The notes under the pieces: generated by a model
What the model was told of the DNA's origin: nothing
Seen by the model: the letters and a program-made list of their open reading frames with translations, nothing else
The model's database searches: none
Made by a program: the position numbers and the translations under genes
From: Octopus vulgaris
Taxonomy: Eukaryota
Assembly: GCA_951406725.2 (NCBI GenBank)
Contig: OX597817.1
Location: 105,834,001-105,898,000, forward strand
DNA: 64,000 bases
Direction: 5' to 3'
Part shown: in pieces, positions 13,351-27,017 of the stretch
How the letters are laid out: each line of letters begins with the position of its first letter
Position numbering within the stretch: position 1 is the stretch's first letter

Positions 13351-13362
13351 GTGCTTACTCCA

Positions 13363-13525
<163 letters not shown>

Positions 13526-13534
13526 CTTACTCCA

Positions 13535-13572
<38 letters not shown>

Positions 13573-13574
<2 letters not shown>

Positions 13575-14128
13575 GCCTTGGCCAAAAGTATTAGGCCAAC
13601 CCTAGTGTTTGGGGGTTCTGCTGCTTCAATGTTAATGAAACTAGAGTACATGGTAGATTATGGTATATTTCAAAATATACATTAGTTTTAATATCTGGTT
13701 GACCCTCCTTCAGCATCAATTGCCGCTTTTACACTGTACTGGACATATGCAACCAGCTATGTGTAAGACAACGTCTAAAATTAACTTATGCTTCCTTGAT
13801 TATTTCAGAGTTTTATGTTAAATACGTTGTCGATATAGTTAATAAACTGTAAAAATGCCTAAAACAAGTGAGTCGAGTGAGTGTGAACGAGGCCAACTCG
13901 TAGCTCATCATGAAGATGGAATATCTCAAAGGCAAATTGCCCAGAAGATGAAACGTTCTCGATGTGCGGTGCAAACGACTCTCAATCGCTTCAGAGAGAC
14001 AAATGATGCGAAGACAGTACAAAGAACAGGTATAAAAAAGGTTACATCACCTCGAGATAATAGATCATTTCATTGAGAAGGCAGAACTCGAAAACATTGG
14101 GGCGGCTTAATTCTTTTAGCCAAAGCTG
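13573..14128 (+). mobile_element. Internally deleted Tc1-like element (TIRs plus N-terminal HTH only)
   Basis: TA|cagccttggccaaaagtattaggcc ... ggcttaattcttttagccaaagctg|TA; ORF 13855-14076 (GISQRQIAQKMKRSRCAVQTTLNRFRET) is a Tc1 paired-like HTH. Confidence 0.9.
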
Positions 14129-14143
14129 TATATAATACATACA

Positions 14144-14174
<31 letters not shown>

Positions 14175-14198
14175 GTACGTACGTACATACATACATAC

Positions 14199-14229
<31 letters not shown>

Positions 14230-14528
14230 CATACATGCATGCATACATACATACATACATACATACATACATACATACATACATACATACATACATACAT
14301 ACATACATGTGTGCCTTTGTATCTGGGTTTGTCTTCCACTGCCACTTGACAACCGATATTGGTGTGTTTATTCCCCGTAACCTAACAGTTTGGGCTGCAG
14401 GACCGACAAAATAAGTACCAGGTTTTAAAAAATGGTCTTGGGGTCGACTTATTCGACTAAAACCTTTCAATGCTGTGCCTCAGCATGACCACAGTCAAAT
14501 GACTGGAACAAGCAAAAGATGAAATAAA

Positions 14529-14649
<121 letters not shown>

Positions 14650-14817
14650 AGATGTTGAGAGAGAGAGGGAGGGAGAGAGAGAGACAAAGAGACAGAAGAG
14701 AATGTGCTCTGAAATATGTTGAATTTCCTTCTCGATTATCTCGCCAATGTTTACCAGTCTTCATATGTAACGTCTTATTTGTTTTTTCTCTTTTACTTTT
14801 AACCTCTTCGTATTCAG

Positions 14818-14865
14818 AACAGATTTCTAACTGCATGGAATATCGGCTGCGACGAACTTTACTAA
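14818..14865 (+). CDS. Candidate terminal coding exon (NRFLTAWNIGCDELY*)
   Basis: Long pyrimidine tract ending ttcag at 14817; short open frame to TAA; phase-compatible with exon candidate 2015-2093. Confidence 0.3.
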   Translation, partial: NRFLTAWNIGCDELY

Positions 14866-17800
14866 CAGCGACATCTACAATAACAATACAACAACAACAA
14901 CAACAGCAAAATCAAGTTAACGAGGAAGCCTATACAAGCTCGTTCAACCCACCAGAAACAGCAGCCAATCTCCCTCAATTACACCCAACCTTCTTGCAAT
15001 AGAAGACATCGGATAATGCATTCGGAATTGCCTGAAGCGTAAAATACGAGACGGTTATGGTTGGCATTCATAGGGACTGCTTGATCAGGACCTAAGGGTA
15101 AGCAGTGACAACAATGGCTATATCGCATCAACATCAAAGCAACTAGATATCGATAAATTTGTTGAAGGAAGTAACCATAATTTCTCGCTTCAAATATTGT
15201 ATTGCTTATAAAATAGAAACCGTGTTTACGTTCTAAAAAATATAACTTAAATACTACTGCAATCGTTAGCAAATATTTGAAATGTAGCTGAAACCCACAA
15301 AACGAAAGTATGCAAAATATGAAAGGATATACCATCACAATTATGATATTCTTCGTAAGATTTTGAAGCTAGTGGGGAAAAATAGAATATTAAAAAAACT
15401 TACTTATATAGGCATAAAGCCTAAAATTTTGGGGGTGGGAGTTAGTTGATTACGTTGATCCCTCCCCATCCCTGTAATCGACTGGTTCTTATTTCGTTGA
15501 TACCGGATTTGAACTTAGAACGTGAAGAGTCGGAAGAAATGCCGCTACGCATTTTGTCTGACGTGGTGACAATTCTACCTTAAATTAAAATACGGCTTGC
15601 TGCTTATATGGAATTAGTCAATATGTAATTAATTGATAGTTAAACAGTATTATTGCTACATATAACATATATCTATTGCAAATATACAAATGAGTAATTT
15701 GTTTATTTCATTTCATTTTAATTTCATAAATATATTTGTTTTAATAATTAGTTGTAATTTCATTATATTGTATTAGTTTCATGAAGTTTGATCAGGTAAT
15801 TACAAAAAATTATCCTGTTATTAGTTGTATTTCAGTTCTGTGCCGTAGTGCACATTAACTGGCCTGTCCCTAGATGATTGTATTAGCTTACCAGTTTGTT
15901 GCTTTTTTTTTCTTTTAGAAGAGGTTGTTAATCATTTTGGACAAAAGGACGTTGTGAGTGGACCCTTCACACAGTGTAGCGACACTGATTTAGAGAGATA
16001 GGAGAAATAAAATGGAGATGGAGAAAGAGAAGGAAGAAAGGGGGAAGAAGGGATTTAGGGACGAAAAGAAATCGTCCATAATATTTGACTGGTGCTTTAT
16101 TTATCGACCTTAGAACGTGTAATTAATATACAGGACACTGAACAGTGGGATTTGAACTCAGAACACAGAAAGTCGGAACAAGTACAAATTCTTTGTCCGA
16201 CACTGAATTCGCCATAAAAATCTGTTGTCCAGTTGCATATCTGAACAGTTACATACACAACTGAATATTTGACCAATTTCTTTTAAAGTTACCCAGATTC
16301 CAAATAGGTAGTTATCATTGGTACCATAACTACCTTCAAGAAGAAGAAAGACTGGAACGTGAAGATGTGTTCATTGATGAAACCTATCAACAACAAGGCC
16401 GCTAAACATTTGATTGTCCTAATGTAGTTATCTGTTACCGAAATAGAAAAGTTTACATATTCCTACTTGGCCATTTAAAAGCATTTTCAATTAAATAACA
16501 TATCTTCCCACAATTGAACGAAATTTCATTTACCTTTTTAAAACAGCAGCAACAAAAATAACTGAGTCAAACTTCTACTTATTAGGAATACCAAAATTCT
16601 AAAGCCACCGTCAACCTTGTACCACACATTTATGCGCATGCCAAGACTTTACCGAATTTGTTTTGTGGAAGACTATCGAGTTGTCTATGCACACTAGTCT
16701 CGCCTTTTTATGCTACCGATGTTGCCTGAGAAAAAAGGTAAGGCAAGCGTCGATACAACTTGACACCTTCCGACGTTCTGACAATCCACCGTTCGAGATT
16801 GGTAATTTTTATCGATTCAGGAAGAGCGAGAGGTAAATTGACCTCGGCGAGATCTTAACTCATTCAGAACGCAGAGAATCGGAAGAAATACTGCGATGCA
16901 TTTTATTCTATGCTCTAATGGCTCTTACAATTCACCGCTGTTATAATTCTTACGCGCGTAATGTCTAATTACATCTTGTAATTCTCTTCAATCGGGATAC
17001 GCGATGCTATTATTGCTGTGTAACTGATGTGGTGTACAGTTAAGTTAGATGATAACCAATTTCCATATCAGTTTTTATTTTTAATGATTTTTGTCTGATG
17101 ATGAAAGGTAGCTCTCATGACCTGTTTGCTGGACCTCCAAGACTGATTGGAAAAAGAGTAGGTGAAAACAAGACTTATTGGTTGGTTATCCTTAGAGTGG
17201 AGTTCTAGCTCGAATGCTTGCTACAAAGTGAACTCTTCTGAAAGCCCTCAACTGTCGTGTAACGGTGTTAAACTGGATGACTATTAAGCTTACCACTGTT
17301 TTGCTTCAGTATCATATCATGAACTAATGGTGCAGTACCATATCGAGAAGAAATGGTGCAGAGAGTAAAGATAGAAGAAAGAATAGCGAAATTAAGTGAT
17401 AAGCAATAGAATATGATGCATCAATAGTTCCCACCCGTTTACTGTCGCCACACGTTTACTGTCGCCACCAGTTTTTGTCTTAGCGATAAACTTCTATTGC
17501 ATTTTAAAAAGTATTCCATACTTGTCATGGAGAAATAATCCCGTTTTTTTGTTAACAGTAAATACGCTGTAGCCCTTATGTCTATGGCTTATTGTATAAC
17601 ATATTTACAAACATTTTGCATTTTAGCATGAATTTCAAAAGTAAAAAGATTTTATTTTCTGCGAATCACTTAGGTGGAAACCACTGAGTTACACTGCAAT
17701 GCTGCCATTGCTTGTGACATTTAATATTCTTTTAATCGTTTCAGATTACGGTGCCTTTATCTGCAAAGAAGCATGTCAATAATTCTTCGGCTCAGATAAA

Positions 17801-18715
17801 GACGATAATATCTCTTTGAATAGAAAAGTTTAATATTTGTTTTTGAAATATAAATTCCTGTTCTTTAGAACAACAACATAGAACTCAATTAAACTGAATT
17901 TGTTTTGAAGGTAAATGGAGGTGTAGAACATGTTTTTTTTATATATTTAAACTAAATGTGGATACAGATACAAAGGACATAAGAAAGAGAATCTAACCTT
18001 AAAGTGAAATGTTTAAAACTAGCGTAGCTCTACCATCATTGCTTGATATAATAACATAAAAAACGCATTATAACAACATTAAAACACCGGTTCTTTCAGT
18101 TGTGGTAATGGCATTCTTCTTGTAAGAAATGTAATAGCGAGCGCTTAAGAATTATGTTTACATAATAAAAGCAACAATCATTGAATACTGTTACATTCTA
18201 ATGGGGAAAATATTTTATTTAATTTCTCTAAAGTCAAAATCATTTTGTTTTACATTCTCACAAAAACAATAATGCACATTTAAATAAGGTTGCTACAATA
18301 TTTTCTCTCCATCAAACTGTTCTCTTATGAGTGGTGTATCTTACACGACGGTGAGTGCTTACATTTTACAGTACAATCTTTCTGCAGAAATGCAATATTA
18401 TAAATAACAGTTCGGTGATGTGAAACAAAAAACGCCATTCGATTTCCAAATAAGTTCGCTTCAATGAAAAATATATGAATTATCCGCTAACATTTTGTTG
18501 TTAAAGATGGTGAGGGAGTGGTAAGATGAGCGATATTGCGGTACATTGCTGTTAGCGTTCTATGTGATTAGCAGAAACGCTAGAGCAGCAATCAAAAATG
18601 TTGTAATATTTAGTTACTACTCATGTTCTTAGTTCTAATCCCGGCGAGATCACCTTTGCTGGGATGATGAAATAAGTACAAGTCAACAAATCAATATAAT
18701 AAGGGTCGATATAAC

Positions 18716-19013
18716 TGTTATAATGTGGATCCTCGTCCACTTGTATGTTATTGTAGGCACTTTAATATTCTTGTCGCCACTATTATGTTGTGGCAGTATT
18801 CCGCGTCTTATAATCTTTGACTCGTCTATCGTGCTATCGCTGATAGCTCCGCAAGGCAATGACTACCTTGACGGTAACTCGGACTCGTATATAACACGTA
18901 TCTGACACTGACTCTCCTACTAATGACCTCCTACAACGACTGACTGTCTGCCTTTATAGTGGCTGAACCATACCACTTTGATACGTAGGAAGAGGAGTAC
19001 CATTTTCACTACA
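18716..19013 (-). mobile_element. 3' LTR (298 bp) of a Gypsy-like retrotransposon
   Basis: TG...CA termini, purine-rich PPT (aaaaggagaga) immediately upstream on the minus strand, internal TATAAA; abuts a truncated SINE. Confidence 0.75.
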
Positions 19014-20400
19014 TCTCTCCTTTTAATTTTTTCTTTTCTTTGGGAAGCAAGTAATTTTATTTTATTTTATTCACCCCTCCTCCCTTTTAACGATTTTTTT
19101 CCAACTTGATATTTTTTCCTTTTGGCGTCTGTGTTCTTTTTCTTCCACTCGTATGCGTGGGTTCAACCACCTGTAACGGTGTTGGTACCTGGAATGTGTC
19201 ATGCAGCCTAATACTTCCCCCAAAAACATTTGGAAACAATTTAAAAATTTTTTTATCTCAGCTGTTCGACTTCATTCGAACTTTTCACCGTGCCGACTAC
19301 ATTTTCACAGAGAACGCTAATGGGGATATCCCACATTTTAAATAACTCCATGCATTCTGTGCCAAAATAGTTTAGTGATATTTTCATCACATTAATGATT
19401 GCCCTTTTTGTTTTACCTCGAAAAGTTACATTGCAAATACATTCGCTGATAAAATATAATTTCTTTCCTGTAACACCATATACTACTTTATTTGATTTAA
19501 ATAATTTCGGCTTTCCAATTTGTCGCTATGTTTCTTCATTTATGATAGTAATATCACTACCCGTGTCTAATTGCATTTTGACACTAGTGGTTTCGATTCT
19601 CACCTTGATGGATTTTCTGTTCGTTGTGCAAACTTTTTTCTCTAACGACAAACTATTTATTTTTTCTCGTTTGGTCCAGTTTTTCGTCAGTGCGATTTAA
19701 TGTGCACTGTGCTCCCACAATGAAAACACGTTGCTTTTTTGAACGGACACTCTTTTCTCAGGTGCCTACCACCGCATACCATACATGGGATTATCGCCTG
19801 TTGAATATAGTGTTTTTTGTGAAACTTTTATCCGTCTTCCATCTCTTCCACACAAGTTTTATCTGAAAACAATCTCTGCTTTGGATTTCTTCTGTTTCGT
19901 GTCTTACTTTTAATATCATATCGCACTCTCCTGACAGTTTCTGGAGAGTTATATCCTGATTCATTTCCAGCTTTGTGAGAATTTTCATTCTGACTTCTGC
20001 GTCCTTTTTAGCAGTAAGTTCTTGAACAAAGATCAGGCACATGAACGGGTCAGGAGTTAGTTTATCCAGTTTAAATCTCTCGCTTTCTCTATTCACTCTA
20101 CCCGCATATGTGGTAAATTCTACGTCATCACTTTTCTCAGTGTTTAAACTTAGTGTTGACCAACGATGTTTTCTCACTAAACGTCATACACAAAATGTCA
20201 ATTGTGTCCGTGAAATTTACGTCAGAAACTTTTTTAGGCAATATAAAGTTAGAGTATTTCTCGTGCTCTGTCGTCACTAGTTTCCTCAGAATTAGACGCG
20301 TTTTCATTTCGTCCGTCCTGTCTTGGCATTCATTTTCGAAATTTTGTTGAAATCTTCGGTAATATGCCTCGAAGGTGACTCCTTCTTTCAGGTGCACAAC
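19014..20400 (-). pseudogene. Gypsy gag-protease remnant; RT/RNase H/integrase apparently deleted
   Basis: Gag-like ORFs 20137-20397 and 19791-20177; aspartic protease motif VKMQLDTGSDITIINEET at ~19530-19585; stops and frameshifts. Confidence 0.85.
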
Positions 20401-20403
20401 TAT

Positions 20404-20450
<47 letters not shown>

Positions 20451-21587
20451 TTTGTGTGCGCGCGCGTTTGTGTGTGTCACTGTCGCTTCACAAACGGTGT
20501 GGGTGTATTTAGGTCCTAGTAACCTAACAGTTCGGTAAAAGAGGCCTTTAAAAACTAGAAAAGAAGTACTGAGGTCGAGTAGTTCGAATAAAATACCCTA
20601 AGGTGATGCCCCAGTCTGGCCGCAGTCTAATGACTGAAACAAGTAAAAGATAAAAGATAGGTGCAAAACCTCAACTTTGGTGGAGGGATATAAATGATTA
20701 TATCAAACTCCAATACTTGACTTGTAATTTATTTTATCGATCTCAGACGATTCAAAGGCAAAGTTGACCTTACTGTATAATATCGATTTCTATATTTGAC
20801 ACAAAACTATTGCAATATTTTTGATACGAGGTGGGGTAATGGTATAGCCGATATAACTGAGCCAGTTGATCGCAGATACTTATTTTATCGACCCTCCAAA
20901 CGTATTTGGAGACAAAATTCAAAGGAATTCAACTGAATGCCACTGGGCCTTTTCTATTGAGTCTCGATTCCGAGGACTCACAGGTACGTTTACCTGTCTT
21001 CTGTGGCGTATAAGCGACCGATACCACGAGATTGCTCCAAAATGGGACTTTAGTCCGTCGCATGGTTACTCATTTACAGCTGAGTGAACTGGAGTGACGT
21101 AAAATTAAGTGATGTGAACTTTTGCTTATGAATACAACGCATCGCCCGATTCAGGAATCGAAACCGCGATCTTGCGATTGAGAGTGCGGCATGTTCCCCA
21201 CTGGGCCAAACACCTTCATTTCTTTGAGTACGCTGCCTTATAGGAATGTATTTATATACTTACATACTACAAAGCAAAATATTTTGTCTGGCGCTTTACC
21301 AGTTCTGCGCCACCCTGATTTCTAACGTAAAGGCTATGCTCCGGGATGACCTTGGAATTTAACAAAAAAAGAGAAAAGAACACTAAATAATTAAGACATA
21401 AGGCTAAAAATATAAGACGAAAGCAAAAGATTGTATCGGCCCTTGTGATGGTTATTTGGTAGCATCATTAGAACCTCAGATATTTGTCCCGGCATTTTGC
21501 AATCTGAATTCAAATTCCGTTGTACTCAACTTTGTGCTTCATTTTTTTCTATATCGATGAAATAAAGTACCAGTAAACTACTGGAGT

Positions 21588-21633
<46 letters not shown>

Positions 21634-23341
21634 CTCACGCTCTCTCTTTTTCTCTCTCTCTGAAAGTTGGCAGATATTTGGCTGGTTATTTTCATTGAGT
21701 TGAGGCTGCCAGCAGGCCCCAAGTCCAGGTAAAATTGGAGGATTGAGGCAAGAACTAGCAACCATTACTCTTTTAAAAGAAACTAGTTTATCAAAGAAAC
21801 TGTACAAGAAAACATTTACATCCCAGAGGCATTTAAGGCGGGCATGGCTGGATCTTTGCGTGTGTTGCAGTACATGACAAACTAAGGACATAATTGCAGT
21901 TTCCCTCGGAAGGATGAAATGCAATGTTCATCTCGGCAGGAGTAAATCCTGCGAGACATTTCGTTCTGCAGACTACTGACCTTGGCATTTATCATCATTT
22001 AGAAAAAGCTGATGATAGTGAAGAAGCTGCAGCAGTAGTAGTTACAGTGACGGTGTGGCGGCGGCGGCGGCGGCGGCAGTGACGGCGGTGGTAGTAGTTG
22101 TAGTAAAACATGAGAATATATGATTAATATTGAGGATGTGTGAATCTGCAACAAGGCCTGTTAAACATACCATCTGTGTTAATATTTCATACTTATATTG
22201 TGTGGCAACTCTATTTCCGGCTCAGCATTGTGCTTATATTGCTGATGTGTGAAAGCAGCAGCACGTTTAGTAAAATGATATACGAGAGGACAATTCAATT
22301 ATATTATTTCTTCTCTTAGTATTGGCAATGTGTAGCTTCTCTTATCAGTGTCATAAACAAATTAGTCAGTGAATGCAAAGTGCAATATAAAATGAAAGAT
22401 GACCGGAATGACTAATTCAAGTTGAAAACATCAAGAAATAAAAGAATTACAGAATCAGCGAATCAGAATTGCGGTTTGAGAATGTTTGATGAAATGTCAT
22501 TACTTCATTGGGATGAATGAAAAGAAAATTTAAGTCTCAAGTGGAAGCCAGAGATGATAACTTTGTATCACTTCATAGAGTACCGAAGATAGACTAAGAC
22601 ACTCGAGTAATTATAATACAAATATTGGCAACTATATATATTAGAACAAATAGTATGAAGGCAAGTGAATTGCAGATGGTGTTATGATTCCAGTCGAGTA
22701 ATCGCTTCCTGTCACTAGCTCAGCGCTTGTGTCCATAGCGAAATAAAATTAAATCTTGCGCTTCCATTCTAACTCGTTGTAAATCGCATCAAGAAGGAAA
22801 TGCTGGTTAGTTCTAATGATACATTGGGTGGTAATAACTTTGCTGTAAACCTCATCTTCATGTAGTGTTGTTGTTGTTGTTGTTGTTTAATATACTGGGT
22901 ATGAGTTTAAACTGCATCTGGTAGCGGGGTCCTGGTTCAGGAGTTCCAGGGTTTTGGGCAATGTGGAACCACCTCTTAGCTCTTATTTTCCCCCAGGTCT
23001 AATCAGACCCGGAGTTGTAGCACCTATCAAAGTTCCAGCTATTGATTAATTAGTATATCAGAGCTTGCATACCTATGCATGTGAAGACTGGAACTGGTGG
23101 TCTCTGAGAAAGAAACCATCATGGTTCAACGAGAGGGAAGGCGGCTGCAGCATAACATTTTGGGATGCAGAGAGCAAAATGAGGAAAGTAAGACATCTTG
23201 TTCATCCACTGCATGCGTCTCTATCCTTAATCATTTTGATCTGGTCTTGCTACTGGATAGTCACATATGCTGCACAACACAGTTGTCTGTCGAAATATCA
23301 TTATGCGCACAGAAAATATATACATCGACATGCACATGCAA

Positions 23342-23395
<54 letters not shown>

Positions 23396-23654
23396 ACACG
23401 CGCGCGAGTGAGTAGACAAACAGAAAAAGAGGCACTCACCACATGAGGTAGGAGTTACAAATATTATCTAAAAACAGTTCGATTCCGTCCCATGCAACAT
23501 AAAGTTTCGTAGTCACAAAACTTCAGCTCCTAAGGCTCAGGTGCCTCAACCTGAGCCTGACAAGCTAGGTTTCTCTGACGAACCTACGAAACTTTATGTT
23601 GCATGGGGCCGAATCAAACTGTTTTTAAATAATAATAATAATAATAATAATAAT

Positions 23655-23935
23655 ACAACGGCGAAAGAATTCCCATATTTCGATTACCATCCCTACAGGA
23701 AGTGCAAAAAACTCGTGTTAACTGGAACGACTCATGTACTGAGAAGAGCATTATCACTGTGAAAACAACATCCATTCATGAAATTATTTATTAATTAATT
23801 TTTTTAAATACATATTTTACCTGTGAATTTGCGAGTGTAATCTGTAAATGCATACAATGAGCTTCACTACCCTAGGTACACGGAAAACACTCGGCGAGAA
23901 ATGGAAGAAAATTTGAAGAAAGAAGGAAAAAAAAC
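23655..23935 (+). mobile_element. Short 3' end of an R4/Dong-type LINE between (TAA)n tracts
   Basis: PSLQEVQKLVLTGTTHVLRRALSL* followed by 3' UTR; (AAT)n on both sides. Confidence 0.75.
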
Positions 23936-23946
23936 AATAATAATAC

Positions 23947-23998
<52 letters not shown>

Positions 23999-23999
23999 G

Positions 24000-24816
24000 A
24001 CATTTTCCTGTCCTTTTTTTTCCAACTACAAGCATATACTCAGGGCATGCCCGTTCATTCGTACCATTCTCACCACTTTCATCCACCTTTCAGTATATTG
24101 GCTAGATGACGACACATCCCTCTTTACCCTCATTTTTTTTTCAAGTGAAACTTGAAGTTCATCAGGGATTGGCCAAAGAGAAAAACCATTTCAATCTCAT
24201 CCACCATATAAAAACTGGTAGGAACACAAACCACATCCAGTACTTGAAAATAATCATATCTCACTCCTCTGGAATTTCACCGTTCAAACTGACATAAAGA
24301 TAGATGCGAATAGACCAGACATCATATTGAAGGACTTCAGACAAAAATAATGCCTCCTCATTGATATGACTGTCCCAATCGATATAAACGTATCTGTCAA
24401 GACCTACCAAAAACTGAGCAAATATAAAGATCTTGAAATAGAAATTAGCAAAATGTGGAACCTGAAGACTAAAACAATACCTGTTGTCATAAGTGCCCTG
24501 GGAATGATAGCAAAAGGGGCTGATTGCTACCTAGCTCAGATACCAGGAAACACCAAAATGGCAGAAATTCAAAAGATACTACTCATGGGAACTGCCCATA
24601 TCCTACGCAAAATACTTTCTATGTAATCTCAAGTTTTAAAACAAACAATATTCTTATGGTTTCTTAAACATTCTCTAGAACAACACAATGTACAAAACCA
24701 AATATATGGCACCCTAGGCATAACACCAACATGAACTTCCAACTTGTTGTCTCTTGAGGTCTCTGGGTGAGACTTGGAACCAACTTGTACAAATGTAAAG
24801 CAGAAGTCAAACATAA
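24000..24816 (+). mobile_element. 5'-truncated R4/Dong-type LINE (REL endonuclease domain and 3' UTR)
   Basis: HKPHPVLENNHISLLWNFTVQTD..ANRPDII..LIDMTVP..KLSKYKDLEIEI..GTAHILRKILSM*; PD-(D/E) REL motifs; ends in (TAA)n. Confidence 0.9.
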
Positions 24817-24869
<53 letters not shown>

Positions 24870-24880
24870 TGATAATGATA

Positions 24881-24939
<59 letters not shown>

Positions 24940-25013
24940 GGTGGTGGTGGTGGTGGTGGTGGTGAGGGTGATGATGATGATGATGATAGATAGATAGATA
25001 GATAGATAGATAT

Positions 25014-25066
<53 letters not shown>

Positions 25067-25133
25067 CTGTAAGCAGAGGCATGTATGTGTTGTAAGACGT
25101 CTGCTTCCCAACTGCGTGGCACCTTGGACAAGT

Positions 25134-25187
25134 GCTTAGCTACAGTGTAGCTGTTCGCTACACAAACATACGTACTCACATACACAC

Positions 25188-25259
<72 letters not shown>

Positions 25260-25686
25260 GTAGTCGTAGCTGTGTGGTTAAGAAGCTTGCTTCCTAGTCA
25301 ATGTAGTCATTAGTTTCAGTCCCACTGTGCAGTACTTTAGGCAGATATCTTCTCTAGCCTCGAGTCAACCAAAGCCTTGTGAGTGGATTTAGCAGGCAAA
25401 AATTGGAAGTATATACATACATACATACGTACGTACGTACGTACGTATGTATGTATGTATGTATGTATGTATGTATGTATGTATGTATGTATGTATGTAT
25501 GTATGTACATACAGTTTTCGTCTGCTAAATCCACTCACAAGGCTTTGGTCGGCTCGAGGCTAGAGAAGATATTTGCCTAAGGTACTGCACAGTGGGACTA
25601 AAACTAATGACTACATCGACTAGGAAGCAAGCTTCTTAACCACACAGCCACGACTACGTGTGTGTGTGTGTGTATGTGTGTGTGTG

Positions 25687-25753
<67 letters not shown>

Positions 25754-25823
25754 GTGTGCATGTGTGTGTGTGTGTGTGAGTACGTATGCTTGTGTAACGA
25801 ACAGCTACACTATAGCTAAGCAT
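25134..25823. repeat. ~690-bp palindrome: inverted duplication of a SINE head, (CA)n and unique flank
   Basis: Arms tgcttagctacagtgtagctgttcg... / ...cgaacagctacactatagctaagca; centre is (TACA)(TACG)(TATG). Confidence 0.9.
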
Positions 25824-26548
25824 GGATTTGAAACCGAATCTACATTTCTCAACATTGTCAAATAAATCTTAAACTTAATGTTGTCTCGTCTCTGCACTCG
25901 GAAATTGATGCGATTAAGTTGATCTATTGATCTTTCTGTGGTCGTGGAAGGGTTAAGAGAGATAATATTGGAAAAATCTATTGTTTTCGCTTGACCTGGT
26001 TTATTCAGTAACATTATAAAAACACAAACAAATAGTTGTTTTCCTCTTTGGTTGCTACCTCAGATCAAAGGACACTTCGGTACCGATGTAGAAGAAAGGG
26101 AGAACACACTGCTTATACTCTTTCTCTATCTCCTTCTTTGAGAAATGCAACGCCAAACCAAGAGTATTGACCAATCCCTAGTCAAAGAGTGACGCGCGGG
26201 AATAGAACCATCACTATTTCTAATTGTAAAGACATTTATTGATATGTCTTTCTTCGTAGCAGTCTCAGAACTCCTAGCTTACACAATGAGCCATGGATCC
26301 ACAGAAAATATCTTACTGCAACAAACAAATAACTTATGGTCACACAACGACGCGACGACGTTGTAACAACTAATATTAAAATTAACTTAATAAATGACCA
26401 TATTAACCAATCAAGCAAATATGGTTCCTTAATCATTTTCCCCACCGCATTATGACATTAAAACTTCATCGTCGTTATATATACATGCATATGTAGGAAC
26501 GAGGCACAACAATTAAATCTCCCGTATATTTAAATATGCTTACTGCAT

Positions 26549-26794
26549 ATTATTTACATTATTTACATTCGACGGATATTTATCCTCATCTTATTTGTTG
26601 TTAACACAACGTTTCGGCTGATATATCCTCCAACCTTCTTCGGGTGTCTTGGGGAAATTTCGAACTTGGTTTCTCATTCCTAAGTTATTCTTCGATGTCA
26701 TTATTATCGTGCCCACGGGCATATGGCGTAGTGGTTAAGAGCGCGGGCTACTAACCCCAAGATTCCGAATTCGATTCCAAGCAGTGACCTGAAC

Positions 26795-26844
<50 letters not shown>

Positions 26845-27017
26845 TAATGATAATAGCATCGAAGAATACCTTAGGAATGAGAACCCAGGTTCGAAATTTC
26901 CCCAAGACATTCCCCCGAAATTTCCCCGAAACGTTGTGTTAACAACAAACAAGATGAGGACAAATAACCGTCGAATGTAAATAATGTACATAATTCCTCA
27001 TCTCTTATATATAGAAC
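26549..27017. mobile_element. PLE-type mini-element: inverted pLTR-like arms with decayed HHRs around a tRNA-like segment; 14-bp TSD
   Basis: tatgcttactgcat at 26535-26548 and 27018-27031; arms ~26549-26700 and ~26855-26990; tRNA-like 26714-26790 (tggcgtagtggtta...ttcgattcc). Confidence 0.8.

Noticed and set aside
17435-17470. 17-bp tandem cgtttactgtcgccac as a CRISPR-like repeat or transposon end
   Set aside because: Only two adjacent units with no spacers, and no partner inverted end found
26714-26790. Functional tRNA gene
   Set aside because: Acceptor stem pairs poorly and it lies within a TSD-bounded repeat; treated as a tRNA-derived head
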